Position numbers and translations under genes: made by a program
In this document: in pieces, positions 9,111-18,087 of the stretch
Layout of the letters: each line of letters opens with the position of its first letter
Position numbering within the stretch: the stretch's first letter is position 1
Virus record (IMG/VR): IMGVR_UViG_2861736478_000001
Coordinates: 1-64,000 of that record
Direction: 5' to 3' (one strand)
DNA from: a virus
Taxonomy: Duplodnaviria > Caudoviricetes
DNA length: 64,000 nucleotides
The notes under the pieces: generated by a model
Told to the model about the DNA's origin: nothing
The model's input: only the letters and a program-made list of their open reading frames with translations
The model's database searches: none

Positions 9111-9751
9111 CCAAGCTCGTCTTCTTCGACGTGAAAACCACCTCCCTCGATGATCGGGCTGGCCACCTGTGGGAGATCGGCCTCATCCTCCGTGAACCTG
9201 GCCAAGACGACACCGAATTCTGGTGGCAGATCAAGCCGGATATGTCGGGCGCAGACCCTGTCTCGCTCAACGTGAGCGGCTACTACCAACGGTGCCGGGT
9301 TAGCCGAGGCGAGGTGGGCCACGCGGCCGAGCTCGCTCCTGCGCGTATCGAGTCGAAGAGCGACCTCTGCCCGAGCCTGAACCCAGGCGAGGTGCTCGAC
9401 TGGGTCTCAGCCCCAACGGTGGCCACCCAGCTTGCTTTTCATCTCGCAGGGGCCACCGTTGTCGGCAGCAACCCGAGCTCCGACCACCGATTCGGCCGCA
9501 AGTTTCTCGACCAATACGGGCACTGCTGGACCGCGAACTCCCATCTGATCGACATCCGCTCTGTCGCTCTCGGCTACCTGCAAGCACGCAGCGGCGACCC
9601 CTCGACGATCACACCAGGTGTCGAGTGGAAGCCGCGGGAGCTATATGACGCCTTCGTGGATCTCCATCGGTACGACGCCCACACCGCGCTCGACGACGCG
9701 CGGATGGCCCGCGACACCTTCGACGCCATCACCAGTCCCAAGGCGCCCTGA
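9107..9751 (+). CDS. DEDDh 3'-5' exonuclease (DnaQ-like), ExoI Glu apparently replaced by Lys
   Basis: FFDVKTT (expected DxETT), WEIGLI, GSNPSSD, HTALDDA. Confidence 0.8.
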   Translation: MTKLVFFDVKTTSLDDRAGHLWEIGLILREPGQDDTEFWWQIKPDMSGADPVSLNVSGYYQRCRVSRGEVGHAAELAPARIESKSDLCPSLNPGEVLDWVSAPTVATQLAFHLAGATVVGSNPSSDHRFGRKFLDQYGHCWTANSHLIDIRSVALGYLQARSGDPSTITPGVEWKPRELYDAFVDLHRYDAHTALDDARMARDTFDAITSPKAP

Positions 9752-10488
9752 TGGGGACCCACACGATGACGGCGGACGCGGATCGAGTCACCGTCGCGCT
9801 GCTGCGCGCCGACCAGCGGAAGGACCTGTTCGACGGTGCGCCGCCTCCAGACGTCAGTCACGTCCTGGTGCTGGCCGCGCCGTACAACTGCGACGAGTTC
9901 GTGGTAGGCGGCAACCACGTCCAGATCGCCGATCTGATACGACGCATTGTCGGCGCCGCTCGAACCGCGCTGGAAGGGAGCGGCGCCCGGGTCATGCCAA
10001 ACCTCAGTCTCCCCGTCGAGGTGATCGCCGCTGTCCTGGCAACGGCAGGGGAGGGGATGGACGCGGTCCGTGCGATGCTGCTGGCTGACCAGATCGACAT
10101 GGCCCTGCTCCGCGCTGACCTGGACATCGTCAAGCGCGACCAACCGCCAGAGCAGGCACCGGCGCTCCCGCCAATCCAGTGGAGTGAGACGGTTCGCCCT
10201 GCGGACCTGCTAGCCGGTAGGACGATCTTCCGGGAGGTGGAGCACCTCGTCGGTCTTCGGCATGTGGCGGCAGTGCCGTGCTGCGGTCGACTGGTGGAGC
10301 TCGAAGCCGATGTTGAGGAACTAGCCGCGATCATGTGCCCGTACTGCGGGGTGCAGTACGACGCCGAACTGGTCGAGGAACCCGACAGCGGCGGCTGGGA
10401 TGACACTCGCTCGTTCGTCGCGAGCTTCACTGTGGCACGAGCGGGCTTCCGGCTCGTCAAGCGCCGCGCGAGGAAGGACCGATCATGA
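9751..10488 (+). CDS. Hypothetical protein with C-terminal Zn ribbon
   Basis: PCCG...CPYCG; coupled. Confidence 0.6.
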   Translation: MGTHTMTADADRVTVALLRADQRKDLFDGAPPPDVSHVLVLAAPYNCDEFVVGGNHVQIADLIRRIVGAARTALEGSGARVMPNLSLPVEVIAAVLATAGEGMDAVRAMLLADQIDMALLRADLDIVKRDQPPEQAPALPPIQWSETVRPADLLAGRTIFREVEHLVGLRHVAAVPCCGRLVELEADVEELAAIMCPYCGVQYDAELVEEPDSGGWDDTRSFVASFTVARAGFRLVKRRARKDRS

Positions 10489-10709
10489 GCGAGGCGAGCC
10501 TGCCGATTCTGTGCGAACACTGTGATGAGGCCATCCCGGTCACGCACGTGGTGAGGGTGGACTACAGGGTGGGCGAACACATCATGCTCGGCTGCCTGTC
10601 GATGGCCATGGAGTACCTCCGTAGACCGCTGCCGGGACAGCAGGTCTACGTATGGGCGCTGGACCTGCCAGTTGCCCTGGCCGTCGAGAGCGACGGGCCT
10701 CAGGCGTGA
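10485..10709 (+). CDS. Small hypothetical protein (CxxC)
   Basis: ATGA overlap; CEHC. Confidence 0.6.
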   Translation: MSEASLPILCEHCDEAIPVTHVVRVDYRVGEHIMLGCLSMAMEYLRRPLPGQQVYVWALDLPVALAVESDGPQA

Positions 10710-11023
10710 CGGCACAACCGCAAGCCGAAACGCTGGCTGGCCCAAGCTGGGCCCAGTACAACGACTGGGTCAGGCCGTGGTACCCCGAGGGCTCCGTCGG
10801 TCACGCCTACGCCGACTGCCACTGGATCGCCGAAGGCTTGTCGCTGGTCGAAGGGAGCGGCTGGCTGAATCTCCGCGCTGCCTCCTCGCCCGGAGGCTTC
10901 TCCTCGTGCGAGGAGTGTGTGCGGCGCTATGACCCGTCCATGGCCGCGGAGTTGTTCGGCGAGCCAGACGAGCCGGAGCCGAAGAAGCCCCGGAAGAGGA
11001 GGAAGGAGATGTCGACATCATGA
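10706..11023 (+). CDS. Hypothetical protein (H...C...CEEC)
   Basis: GTGA overlap; AGGAG RBS for following dnaN lies in its 3' end. Confidence 0.6.
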   Translation: MTAQPQAETLAGPSWAQYNDWVRPWYPEGSVGHAYADCHWIAEGLSLVEGSGWLNLRAASSPGGFSSCEECVRRYDPSMAAELFGEPDEPEPKKPRKRRKEMSTS

Positions 11024-12129
11024 AGGTGACGCTCGACCTGGTGCTCCTGCGGGACGCTGTCGCCTGGACCGGCCGGGCCGTCTCATCCCGGCCTGTCTCG
11101 CCAGTCCTGTCGGGCATGCTGCTGGAGGCGGAGGGCGACAAGCTGCGGCTGTCGGCCTACGACTATGACGTGTCCGCGCAGTGCGACATCGGCGCGCAGG
11201 TGGCGGAGCCGGGGCGGGCCTTGTTGCCCGCGCGGTTGCTCGTCGAGGTGTGCAAGAGCTTGCCGAGCAAGCCGGTGGAGTTGTCGCTGTCCGGGGCGGA
11301 GCTGGTCGTGCGCTGCGGCACGGCCGAGTTCGGGCTCCTGACCATGCCGGTCGAGGACTATCCGAAGCTGCCCGCGCCGCCGCGTCCGAGCGCGGTCATC
11401 GACGGCGCGTTGCTCCAGCAGGTGTCCGGCCAGGTCACCTCAGCGGCGTCGAGGGACACCACCATCCCGATGTTGTGCGTCGTCCGCTTCGACATCGAGG
11501 GTGAAAACGCGTGGGCTGCCGCCACCGACCGCTACCGGATCGCGAGCCGCACCTTCGCGTGGACCGCGATTCCACCACAGGCCAAGAAGGCGATTCGTCC
11601 GGCGTTCATGATGGTGCCGGCCGCGGAGCTGGAGGGCACCGTGAAGGGGTACGGCGCGGGCCAGGTGGAGATCGGCTGGAACGACAAGCTGGTGTCGATC
11701 GCCGGGGGCGGGCGCCTGACCACGATCCGGCTGATGGGGGAGGACTACATCGACTACCGCGCCCGGCTCAACCTGGACTACTCGACGTGGGTTCAGGTCG
11801 ATGTTGCCCCGCTCATCGCGGCGGTGAAGCGCATCGGGCTGGTGGCGGAGAAGAGTACGGCCGTGCGTCTGTCGTTCAGCGACGGCCAGGTGCTCGTTGA
11901 AGCCGGTGGCGGCGGCCTTGGCCGAGCGGCGGAGACGGTCGAGGCGGAGGTGTCGGGGCCGCCGGTCACGGTGGGGTTCCTGCCGACTTTCTTGCTGGAC
12001 GGGCTCACCGGCGTGGACACGCCAAGGGCGCGTCTCGGTATGAACGGATCGGCCAAGCCCGTTATGGTGACCGAGGATTCCGAGCAGCCGGTCTACCGCT
12101 ATCTCGTCATGGCGCTGCGGCTGGGGTGA
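11020..12129 (+). CDS. dnaN: DNA polymerase III beta sliding clamp homologue
   Basis: 369 aa; PVLSGMLLEA...LSAYDYDVS...EPGRALLPARLL...AATDRYR...GF.P.FLLDGL...YRYLVMALRL. Confidence 0.95.
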   Translation: MKVTLDLVLLRDAVAWTGRAVSSRPVSPVLSGMLLEAEGDKLRLSAYDYDVSAQCDIGAQVAEPGRALLPARLLVEVCKSLPSKPVELSLSGAELVVRCGTAEFGLLTMPVEDYPKLPAPPRPSAVIDGALLQQVSGQVTSAASRDTTIPMLCVVRFDIEGENAWAAATDRYRIASRTFAWTAIPPQAKKAIRPAFMMVPAAELEGTVKGYGAGQVEIGWNDKLVSIAGGGRLTTIRLMGEDYIDYRARLNLDYSTWVQVDVAPLIAAVKRIGLVAEKSTAVRLSFSDGQVLVEAGGGGLGRAAETVEAEVSGPPVTVGFLPTFLLDGLTGVDTPRARLGMNGSAKPVMVTEDSEQPVYRYLVMALRLG

Positions 12130-12146
12130 CCAGCCACAATGGCGGG

Positions 12147-12180
12147 GTCTTATCGCAAGCTGTTTCGCTTGCGATAAGAC
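12147..12180. repeat. Perfect 14-bp inverted repeat with 6-bp spacer containing the GCAAGC-N6-GCTTGC core
   Basis: GTCTTATCGCAAGC-TGTTTC-GCTTGCGATAAGAC, intergenic. Confidence 0.9.
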
Positions 12181-12187
12181 CTCGCCC

Positions 12188-12889
12188 ATGACTGGAGGGA
12201 GCCCCTTGACCCAAACCACCCTGTGCGTAGCGCCCACCTGCGGCGGAGACGGCGATCCTCGCCAGGCCGCAGATGGGCTGCTGATCTGCTTGCCGTGCTC
12301 GAACCGGCTGCGCCGTGATCTCGGCGCGGCGCCCGCGCTGCACCGTTGGCTCGGCGAGCACGTGATGCCTGGAACGAGCGGCGGGGACAGAGTTTCCGGC
12401 GGGCGCGTCGAAGCGCCTGTGCCAGCCCGCCTTGATGTGCTGTGCATGATCAATGATGGAGCTGTGGCCTATCGCGGCGATGACGACGATCAGGTGGGTC
12501 CGCCGTCGATACCCAGCACGCTGAAGAACTGGACGTGGCTCATCTGTGAGCATCGCGGCCTGGTCTACCCGGCCACTGCCGGCGTTGCGGAGCTGGCGGC
12601 TTTCCTCGCTCGTCACGTCGAGTGGGCCGCGAGCAGAGAGTGGATCGTCGACTTCATGGAGGAGATCGGTGCCCTGCGCAGGGCCGCCCACGGACTGGCT
12701 CCGTGGACAGTGCATGTGCAGGAGCTGGTCGGCCCGTGTCCTGGGTGTGATCTTCGCGCGCTGATCCGCACGGCCGGGGAGGAGTGGATCGAGTGTGACG
12801 CCACGGTGGGCGGATGCGGGGGCTTGTGGAGTCTGGCGTACTACAACGACCACGTCAGCGAGATTCTCAAGGGAAAGGCAATATCATGA
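12188..12889 (+). CDS. Conserved actinophage Zn-finger protein
   Basis: CVAPTC...CLPC...GPCPGC...ECDATVGGCG; LARHVEWAA motif. Confidence 0.7.
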   Translation: MTGGSPLTQTTLCVAPTCGGDGDPRQAADGLLICLPCSNRLRRDLGAAPALHRWLGEHVMPGTSGGDRVSGGRVEAPVPARLDVLCMINDGAVAYRGDDDDQVGPPSIPSTLKNWTWLICEHRGLVYPATAGVAELAAFLARHVEWAASREWIVDFMEEIGALRRAAHGLAPWTVHVQELVGPCPGCDLRALIRTAGEEWIECDATVGGCGGLWSLAYYNDHVSEILKGKAIS

Positions 12890-13296
12890 CGATCATGATA
12901 GAGGTCTCTCCGCGGGAAGCCCTGGCCGTACGCCTCCGTGAGGGCAAGAGCGTGCCGGAGGCCGCGGCTGAGCTGGACGTTCCGATTGCCACCGCCTACC
13001 GCTGGGAAGCCGAAGACCGGCGGGCCAGAGAACAGAACTTGCCGACGGTGGCCGAACAGCAGCAGGAAGCGGCCGACAAGCTGTCGGCGGCGATCGGGGC
13101 CTTCTACCAGGCTCGGGCCAGCATGGAGGAGGCCATCATCGCGGCCTGCCAGCCGCCCCGCGTGGAGCCGTCGACGAGTCGGCCGCTGGTGAAGCGGCAG
13201 GACATCGTAGACATGACGAAGGCGGCCGACCCGGCTGCGGTAGGTCTGACGATCTACGAGATTCGGCAGATTGTGGACGGCGGCATCAGTCGTTAG
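12886..13296 (+). CDS. HTH DNA-binding protein
   Basis: GKSVPEAAAELDVPIATAYRW. Confidence 0.75.
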   Translation: MTIMIEVSPREALAVRLREGKSVPEAAAELDVPIATAYRWEAEDRRAREQNLPTVAEQQQEAADKLSAAIGAFYQARASMEEAIIAACQPPRVEPSTSRPLVKRQDIVDMTKAADPAAVGLTIYEIRQIVDGGISR

Positions 13297-13335
13297 ATTC
13301 GAGCTTGCGGGCGTTGAATGTCATCACATCCGCAC

Positions 13336-13362
13336 CGGCCCCCGGCGATTCGCCGGGGGCCG
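13336..13362. terminator. Bidirectional terminator-like hairpin between convergent genes
   Basis: CGGCCCCCGGCG-ATT-CGCCGGGGGCCG. Confidence 0.75.
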
Positions 13363-13365
13363 TAT

Positions 13366-13551
13366 TCATCTGCGCGGTATGGCACGGAAGTCTTCTGCTG
13401 CCATCTCCTGCGCGTGGAGTATGCCCAGTTCGTATGCCTGCCTGCGGCTGGCCTCATTCCGGCGATGCCGCCAGGTGACCACGCCGGCCAAGATCCATCC
13501 GCCTGCCGCCACGGCAGCGAGGACGGCGTCGGCGTAGTCCAGGAACGGCAT
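13366..13551 (-). CDS. Small single-pass membrane protein (AYELG.LH.Q motif)
   Basis: TM AVLAAVAAGGWILAGVVTW + basic RHRR; GGAGG RBS; motif shared with 18737-19021. Confidence 0.7.
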   Translation of the reverse strand: MPFLDYADAVLAAVAAGGWILAGVVTWRHRRNEASRRQAYELGILHAQEMAAEDFRAIPRR

Positions 13552-13585
13552 AGGGGGCCTCCAAGTGCGCGGCTAGTCCACACAT

Positions 13586-13601
13586 TAGAGCATATGTTCG
13601 C
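13586..13601. promoter_or_regulatory. Possible LexA SOS box
   Basis: TAGAGC-ATAT-GTTCGC versus actinobacterial TCGAAC-N4-GTTCGA (3 mismatches); overlaps a TAATGT -10-like hexamer on the minus strand. Confidence 0.35.
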
Positions 13602-13716
13602 ATTATGGGGTAGATGCGACAGGGTATCTGAGCTGGGAGAAGTCCGCCCGCGAAGGTGTGCGACATGCACGATGCCCGATTCCTCCGGCGATCAACCCTT
13701 GAACGGATACCGTCGA

Positions 13717-14349
13717 TCACAGAGAGTCAAGACGCGCCTCTGTCAAGGGTTGCCACGCCCAAGTCGTCTCAGGTCCGTCTTGGGCCACGAGGCTGAGGCT
13801 GCGGATGGTCACATCTCGGTCGGGAAGCCGCTTGCCGAGCGCGTTGATGATGGGTGCGGCCGGGCCGTCGGCGCTGCTGTAGGCGACAGTGACATGGGGC
13901 GTCCAAAGGTCGTGAGCGAGCCGTCCTTCCTGCCCGGTGACCGTTCGGGTAGCCGTCTTGGCCGCTTCCAGCAGCGGCGTGAGCCGTTCGGCCGGCTGTG
14001 CTTCCAAGGCGACCGCCTCAGGGTGGTACAGCACGCGACCCAACGTCACCGAAATGGGGCCGACGTCGGCCAGCTGGTGCCCGGCGGCCTGAGCCATTTC
14101 GGCTGCCTGTGTGCTGGTGGTCTCGTGAGAGTAGCCAGCGATCAGCACCGTCAGATGGATATGGCTGAGTGGTACCAGGTCAAGCCCAGAAAGCCCGCCG
14201 AGGCGAGCTTGGGCTTCCTCCACGATGGCCACCGCCTCCGGTTCTTCGCCCAGCAACACGTGCCAGTAGAGCAAACCCTGGCCGGGCGGCAGCATCAGGG
14301 GCCGGCGAAGCTCCCAACGGTTGGCCATCTGCTCAGGTAAGGGGCTCAC
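13717..14349 (-). CDS. 2H phosphoesterase / 2'-5' RNA ligase family protein
   Basis: Two HxT motifs (HIHLTV, PHVTVAYS); GTG 14349 overlaps upstream TGA. Confidence 0.85.
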   Translation of the reverse strand: MSPLPEQMANRWELRRPLMLPPGQGLLYWHVLLGEEPEAVAIVEEAQARLGGLSGLDLVPLSHIHLTVLIAGYSHETTSTQAAEMAQAAGHQLADVGPISVTLGRVLYHPEAVALEAQPAERLTPLLEAAKTATRTVTGQEGRLAHDLWTPHVTVAYSSADGPAAPIINALGKRLPDRDVTIRSLSLVAQDGPETTWAWQPLTEARLDSL

Positions 14350-15596
14350 GCGTCCTCCGCCGCTGGAAGAAGAGCGCGAGCCGAGGTGAACGCGCTGATC
14401 TGCTCGCGCAACGTGGACACCGTATCGGAGCCGCGAAACTGAGGCGCTTGCAGGCGCGAGTCCATGCGGACCAGATAGCTGGTGATCGTGGCCAACCGAT
14501 GTTCGGGCGGCAAGAGCAGGGCAGGAGCGATGTGCTCGGCCGCCGCTTCGACGTCGTTCATCATCACGTAAGCGATCCCGGCGCCGAACCGCACCTGAGC
14601 CCACGAGGCGACAACCCGTGGAGCTCCATCGGCCCATGCGCTCTCCGCCGCGTCCGCCGCGGTCAAGGCCGCTCTCGCCTCCCTGGCCTGCAAAGCCACG
14701 GATAGGGCGTACAGCGACCGGCGCGGAGCGGGACACGACCAGGGCGTCACTCCGGAGTCGTCACTGACTACCTGCGCAGCGTCGTCCGCACGAAGGAGCG
14801 CCGCCTGCGCGCGCACGAAGTCCCCCAGCAGGCTCGCCGCGTTCGCCTCCTGGCACGCCAGGAGAACGCGCAGCGGAGTGGCCGGACTGCAATCGAACCC
14901 GCGACGAGCCGCATCGGCCGAGATCGCATATCGGTGGCGCCAGCGCTCCGTCTTTGCTTGGGCGCTGAGCGCCGCGGCCGGGCTCGCGTCGGCTTCCTCA
15001 GCACACAGCCGCGCAGCTTCTCCGTAGACCGCGGCCGATTCGTCGTCGTAGAGGTCGCCCATGAGGATGCAAGCATGCGCGAGAAGGTCGGCGTCGATGC
15101 GGAACAACTCGCGGGTCTGCCGTAGCCGCTGTTTGCCACCGCGCAGAAGAGCGTGAATCTGGCGGTGGTAGCGGAGCACGCTGGCGAGCATCTGGGCGGG
15201 CGGTATCTGCGTGTGCCTCTCCCCGAGGTGGTAGCGGGTCTCATCGAGCATGGCGATGGTGGAGTCACCCACGTTGGTCCGCTCGACCCACGAGGCGTGC
15301 TCGATGAGATCATCTACCGCGGGTGCCGCGGATCGGGTCGGACCCTGGAACAGGGTGACCTCGTCGATGCCGAACACGCGGCAGTACAGGAGCGGATACG
15401 GGTCTTTGGGCCTGTTCGTTCCGGCCTCGTGAGACTTGATCCGCCGAACCACGGAATCGAACTCAGATAGCACAACGGAACAACTACGCGCCGCCTTGTA
15501 CAGCTCCGCAGCCAGCTGTTTCTGCGACCAGCCCGCTGTGCGCCTTTCGTCGCGGATGGTCTCGGCCCAGGCCGGGAGTTCGCCCGCATCGCTCAT
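14346..15596 (-). CDS. XRE-family HTH regulator with helical/TPR-like C-terminus
   Basis: IRDERRTAGWSQKQLAAEL...IKSHEAG...PYPLLYCRVFG, then Ala-rich helical repeats. Confidence 0.85.
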   Translation of the reverse strand: MSDAGELPAWAETIRDERRTAGWSQKQLAAELYKAARSCSVVLSEFDSVVRRIKSHEAGTNRPKDPYPLLYCRVFGIDEVTLFQGPTRSAAPAVDDLIEHASWVERTNVGDSTIAMLDETRYHLGERHTQIPPAQMLASVLRYHRQIHALLRGGKQRLRQTRELFRIDADLLAHACILMGDLYDDESAAVYGEAARLCAEEADASPAAALSAQAKTERWRHRYAISADAARRGFDCSPATPLRVLLACQEANAASLLGDFVRAQAALLRADDAAQVVSDDSGVTPWSCPAPRRSLYALSVALQAREARAALTAADAAESAWADGAPRVVASWAQVRFGAGIAYVMMNDVEAAAEHIAPALLLPPEHRLATITSYLVRMDSRLQAPQFRGSDTVSTLREQISAFTSARALLPAAEDA

Positions 15597-15696
15597 GCCG
15601 CAGCACCTCGTCAGCAAGGAGGGGACACGCTCGTGTCCCTCAGTGTCCCCCATCGGCATCTGTTCGCGCATCGTTACTCACCGTTGTGATAGACGC

Positions 15697-16101
15697 ATGA
15701 GCGAGATCTCTAACGACACTGGTTTTGACCCGAGAATGATGCTGACCTGCCGGGAAGCGATGGACTACACCCTCGCTGAGCAGGTTCAGCGCTGGCGCGG
15801 GTTGCTTGGCATGCACGGGGAGCGGGACGCGAGATTCCGCCTGGCCGAGGTGGCGTGGGTGTCGGCGATGAACCAGACCACCCACGCCTACGCGATGGCA
15901 TCGGCGACCAGGGCGCTGCTCCAAGGTGCGTCAATCCCTGCGATCGTGGCCGCGCTCGGGGTTGCCGACGTTGAGGCGTTCCGGCGGATGTGGCAACCGT
16001 GGGCCCAAGCTCAACCTCTGCTGTTCATACAGGGACACGGGGCGGTGTCTCCCCAGGACTGCGCGCGGGTCGGCCGACTACTCGCCAAGGCGCAGTTATG
16101 A
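15697..16101 (+). CDS. Hypothetical protein divergent from XRE regulator
   Basis: ORF track; start uncertain (15697 or 15736). Confidence 0.6.
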   Translation: MSEISNDTGFDPRMMLTCREAMDYTLAEQVQRWRGLLGMHGERDARFRLAEVAWVSAMNQTTHAYAMASATRALLQGASIPAIVAALGVADVEAFRRMWQPWAQAQPLLFIQGHGAVSPQDCARVGRLLAKAQL

Positions 16102-16272
16102 CCACCGCACACCTAGATCTCCCCGACCTGTTGCTGCCGGTGCCGCAGTTGGCGGGTCGGGGCTTCAACACCCGGAACTTCCCGAATCCGTGGGGGCCGG
16201 GCTGCGAGCGGGCGCGGCGGCGAGCTGCCCCAGGCGAGAGGCCGGCGCCGCGCCCACCGAAAGCGACTTGCC

Positions 16273-16476
16273 ATGACCAGATGGGAACCGCATGTCCCGC
16301 GGACGCCGACAACGCGAGTGCTCGAAACCTCCTCCGGAGGCACCTACGAGTTCTGCCACGAAGGCGGCCAGTACCTCGTCCTGCGCTGGAACGACACCCG
16401 CTACGAGGAGACCGGCAGAGGGTCGCATGCGAGGGCACGGGACGTATGGAAATCACTCACCGGTGCGAGGAGATGA
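16273..16476 (+). CDS. Small conserved actinomycete mobile-element protein
   Basis: MTRWEPHVPRT...YEFCHEGGQYLVLR...YEETGRG...ARDVW. Confidence 0.65.
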   Translation: MTRWEPHVPRTPTTRVLETSSGGTYEFCHEGGQYLVLRWNDTRYEETGRGSHARARDVWKSLTGARR

Positions 16477-16696
16477 GCCCGTAAGGTTCGACGGCTATAC
16501 CAGTGATATCCGTTCTGTGGTCACTGTGCGTGTCGCTGGCGGCAACGCGCACTGGGCTGAATAATGTGCTCAACGCCAGTTAGCCCAACCTTCACGACAT
16601 GGGCGCAGTCTTTTGTCCGTTACGCTCCCTCGCGGGAGATTGTCCGGCCATGCCCTTAATGACTGATAGATGGCTTTCGTCACGTTCGCATGAAGA

Positions 16697-16713
16697 TGTG
16701 CAAGAATTGCACA
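16697..16713. promoter_or_regulatory. Operator-like palindrome upstream of XRE-DUF5753 gene
   Basis: TGTGCAA-GAA-TTGCACA. Confidence 0.55.
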
Positions 16714-16729
16714 ACCCCCTCTCGCCAGC

Positions 16730-17596
16730 ATGGACAATCCCAAGATGCAGCGCATCAGCCCTCCACTGCGCCAGCGCCACCTCGCTCAGATCCTTCGCGA
16801 CCTGAGGTCCGATCGAGACCAGACGTTGAGCGACGCGATCACCCAGCTCCGACAGCTCGGACGGGCATGGAGCCGCACCAAGCTTTCCAGAGTCGAGACA
16901 GGGGAGAGCCTGCCAACTCCCGGTGACCTGGCCGATCTGCTGGACGTGTACGAGGTGAACTCCGACACGCGGGCGACATGCGAGGAGCTTGCCCGCCAAG
17001 CCCGCCTGAAGCCCTGGTGGAAGGAGTACGCAGCCGTAGTAGGGGAGTACGTTGCGCTTGAGACCGAAGCCACGATTGAACGCTCCTGGCAACCTCTGCT
17101 GGTTCCGGGTCTGCTCCAGACGGCGGACTACGCGCGGGAGATCTTCACTGCGGGCCAGCACGGCTCTTCGCCTCGCCTAGTAGAGCTCCAGCTCAAGGCA
17201 CGTCTCGCCAGGCAGCGTGAACTTCTCGGCTGTGATCTTCCAGTCGAATTGCATGGGGTTATCGGTGAGCAGGCATTGCGCCGCAGGATCGGCACCCGAG
17301 ACACCATGTTCGAGCAGCTCGAGAGGCTGGTCGTCATGGCCTCCTGGCCCAACGTGGTCATCCAAGTGCTTGAGGATTCAGTGGGTGCTCACCCGGGGCT
17401 GAGCGGCCCCTTCGTTCTGCTGTCCTTGCCTGGTGGGGCGAACTACGTGTACTTCGAGACGCCGCCGGATGAACGGGTGGCCGATAAGATCGACACCGTC
17501 CGTGAGTACGAGCGCTGCTTCGAGCGTCTCGCGGCCTTGGCGTTGACTCCCGAGCAGTCCGCCGTCTTCGTCTCGGAGATCCTCAAGGAGCTGTAG
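16730..17596 (+). CDS. XRE-HTH + DUF5753 regulator (WhiJ-like)
   Basis: KLSRVETGE...PWWKEY...YVALETEA...LVPGLLQTADYAR...RLARQ...IQVL...GPFVLL...VYFE. Confidence 0.92.
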   Translation: MDNPKMQRISPPLRQRHLAQILRDLRSDRDQTLSDAITQLRQLGRAWSRTKLSRVETGESLPTPGDLADLLDVYEVNSDTRATCEELARQARLKPWWKEYAAVVGEYVALETEATIERSWQPLLVPGLLQTADYAREIFTAGQHGSSPRLVELQLKARLARQRELLGCDLPVELHGVIGEQALRRRIGTRDTMFEQLERLVVMASWPNVVIQVLEDSVGAHPGLSGPFVLLSLPGGANYVYFETPPDERVADKIDTVREYERCFERLAALALTPEQSAVFVSEILKEL

Positions 17597-17827
17597 TTGC
17601 TGTCCCAGGAGTGGCAGAAGAGTTCGTGGTCGGACACCGCTGACGGCTGCGTCATGGTGCGACGTAACGGTGACCGTGTCGAGGTGGGGGATACGAAGCC
17701 GGAAGGGGCGGGGCTGGTGTTGTCCTTCACTCCGTTGGAGTGGTTGTGCTTCCGCGAGGGCTTCGTGGCCGGCCAGTTCGACCTGGAGGAGTGGCACGAG
17801 ACGGGAGGCGTGAGCGCTTCCGGCTAG
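17597..17827 (+). CDS. DUF397 domain protein
   Basis: WQKSSWS...CVMV...VEVGDTK...L.FTPLEW..F..G. Confidence 0.9.
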   Translation: MLSQEWQKSSWSDTADGCVMVRRNGDRVEVGDTKPEGAGLVLSFTPLEWLCFREGFVAGQFDLEEWHETGGVSASG

Positions 17828-18087
17828 CTGGAACGTTGCATTCCCTGGGCCTCGGCGCGAGCGTCGTTTCGGCCCTGTCGGTACGCCTCTGAGAGTGTCT
17901 GGGGTTCCGGCAGGCCGTATGGCAGGGCGAGGAGTCCCAGGAGTGCTCCCACCAGGATCAACGCTACGAACGCGGCGGTGAGAGCGGGGTGTTCGGCGGT
18001 GTCTGGCGTTGTGACGCTGATGAGCATGGCGGTGGCCGCTCCGCACAACGCGGTTACAGCGCCCGTGACTTGGATGGCTCGCCTCAT
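17824..18087 (-). CDS. Small two-TM membrane protein (AYRQG motif)
   Basis: Two hydrophobic segments; C-terminal LSEAYRQGRND. Confidence 0.65.
   Translation of the reverse strand: MRRAIQVTGAVTALCGAATAMLISVTTPDTAEHPALTAAFVALILVGALLGLLALPYGLPEPQTLSEAYRQGRNDARAEAQGMQRSS

Noticed and set aside
16098-16484. ORF starting MTTAHLDLPDLL
   Set aside because: Would fully overlap the better-supported 16273 gene; possibly a short gene with a frameshift, but boundaries cannot be supported
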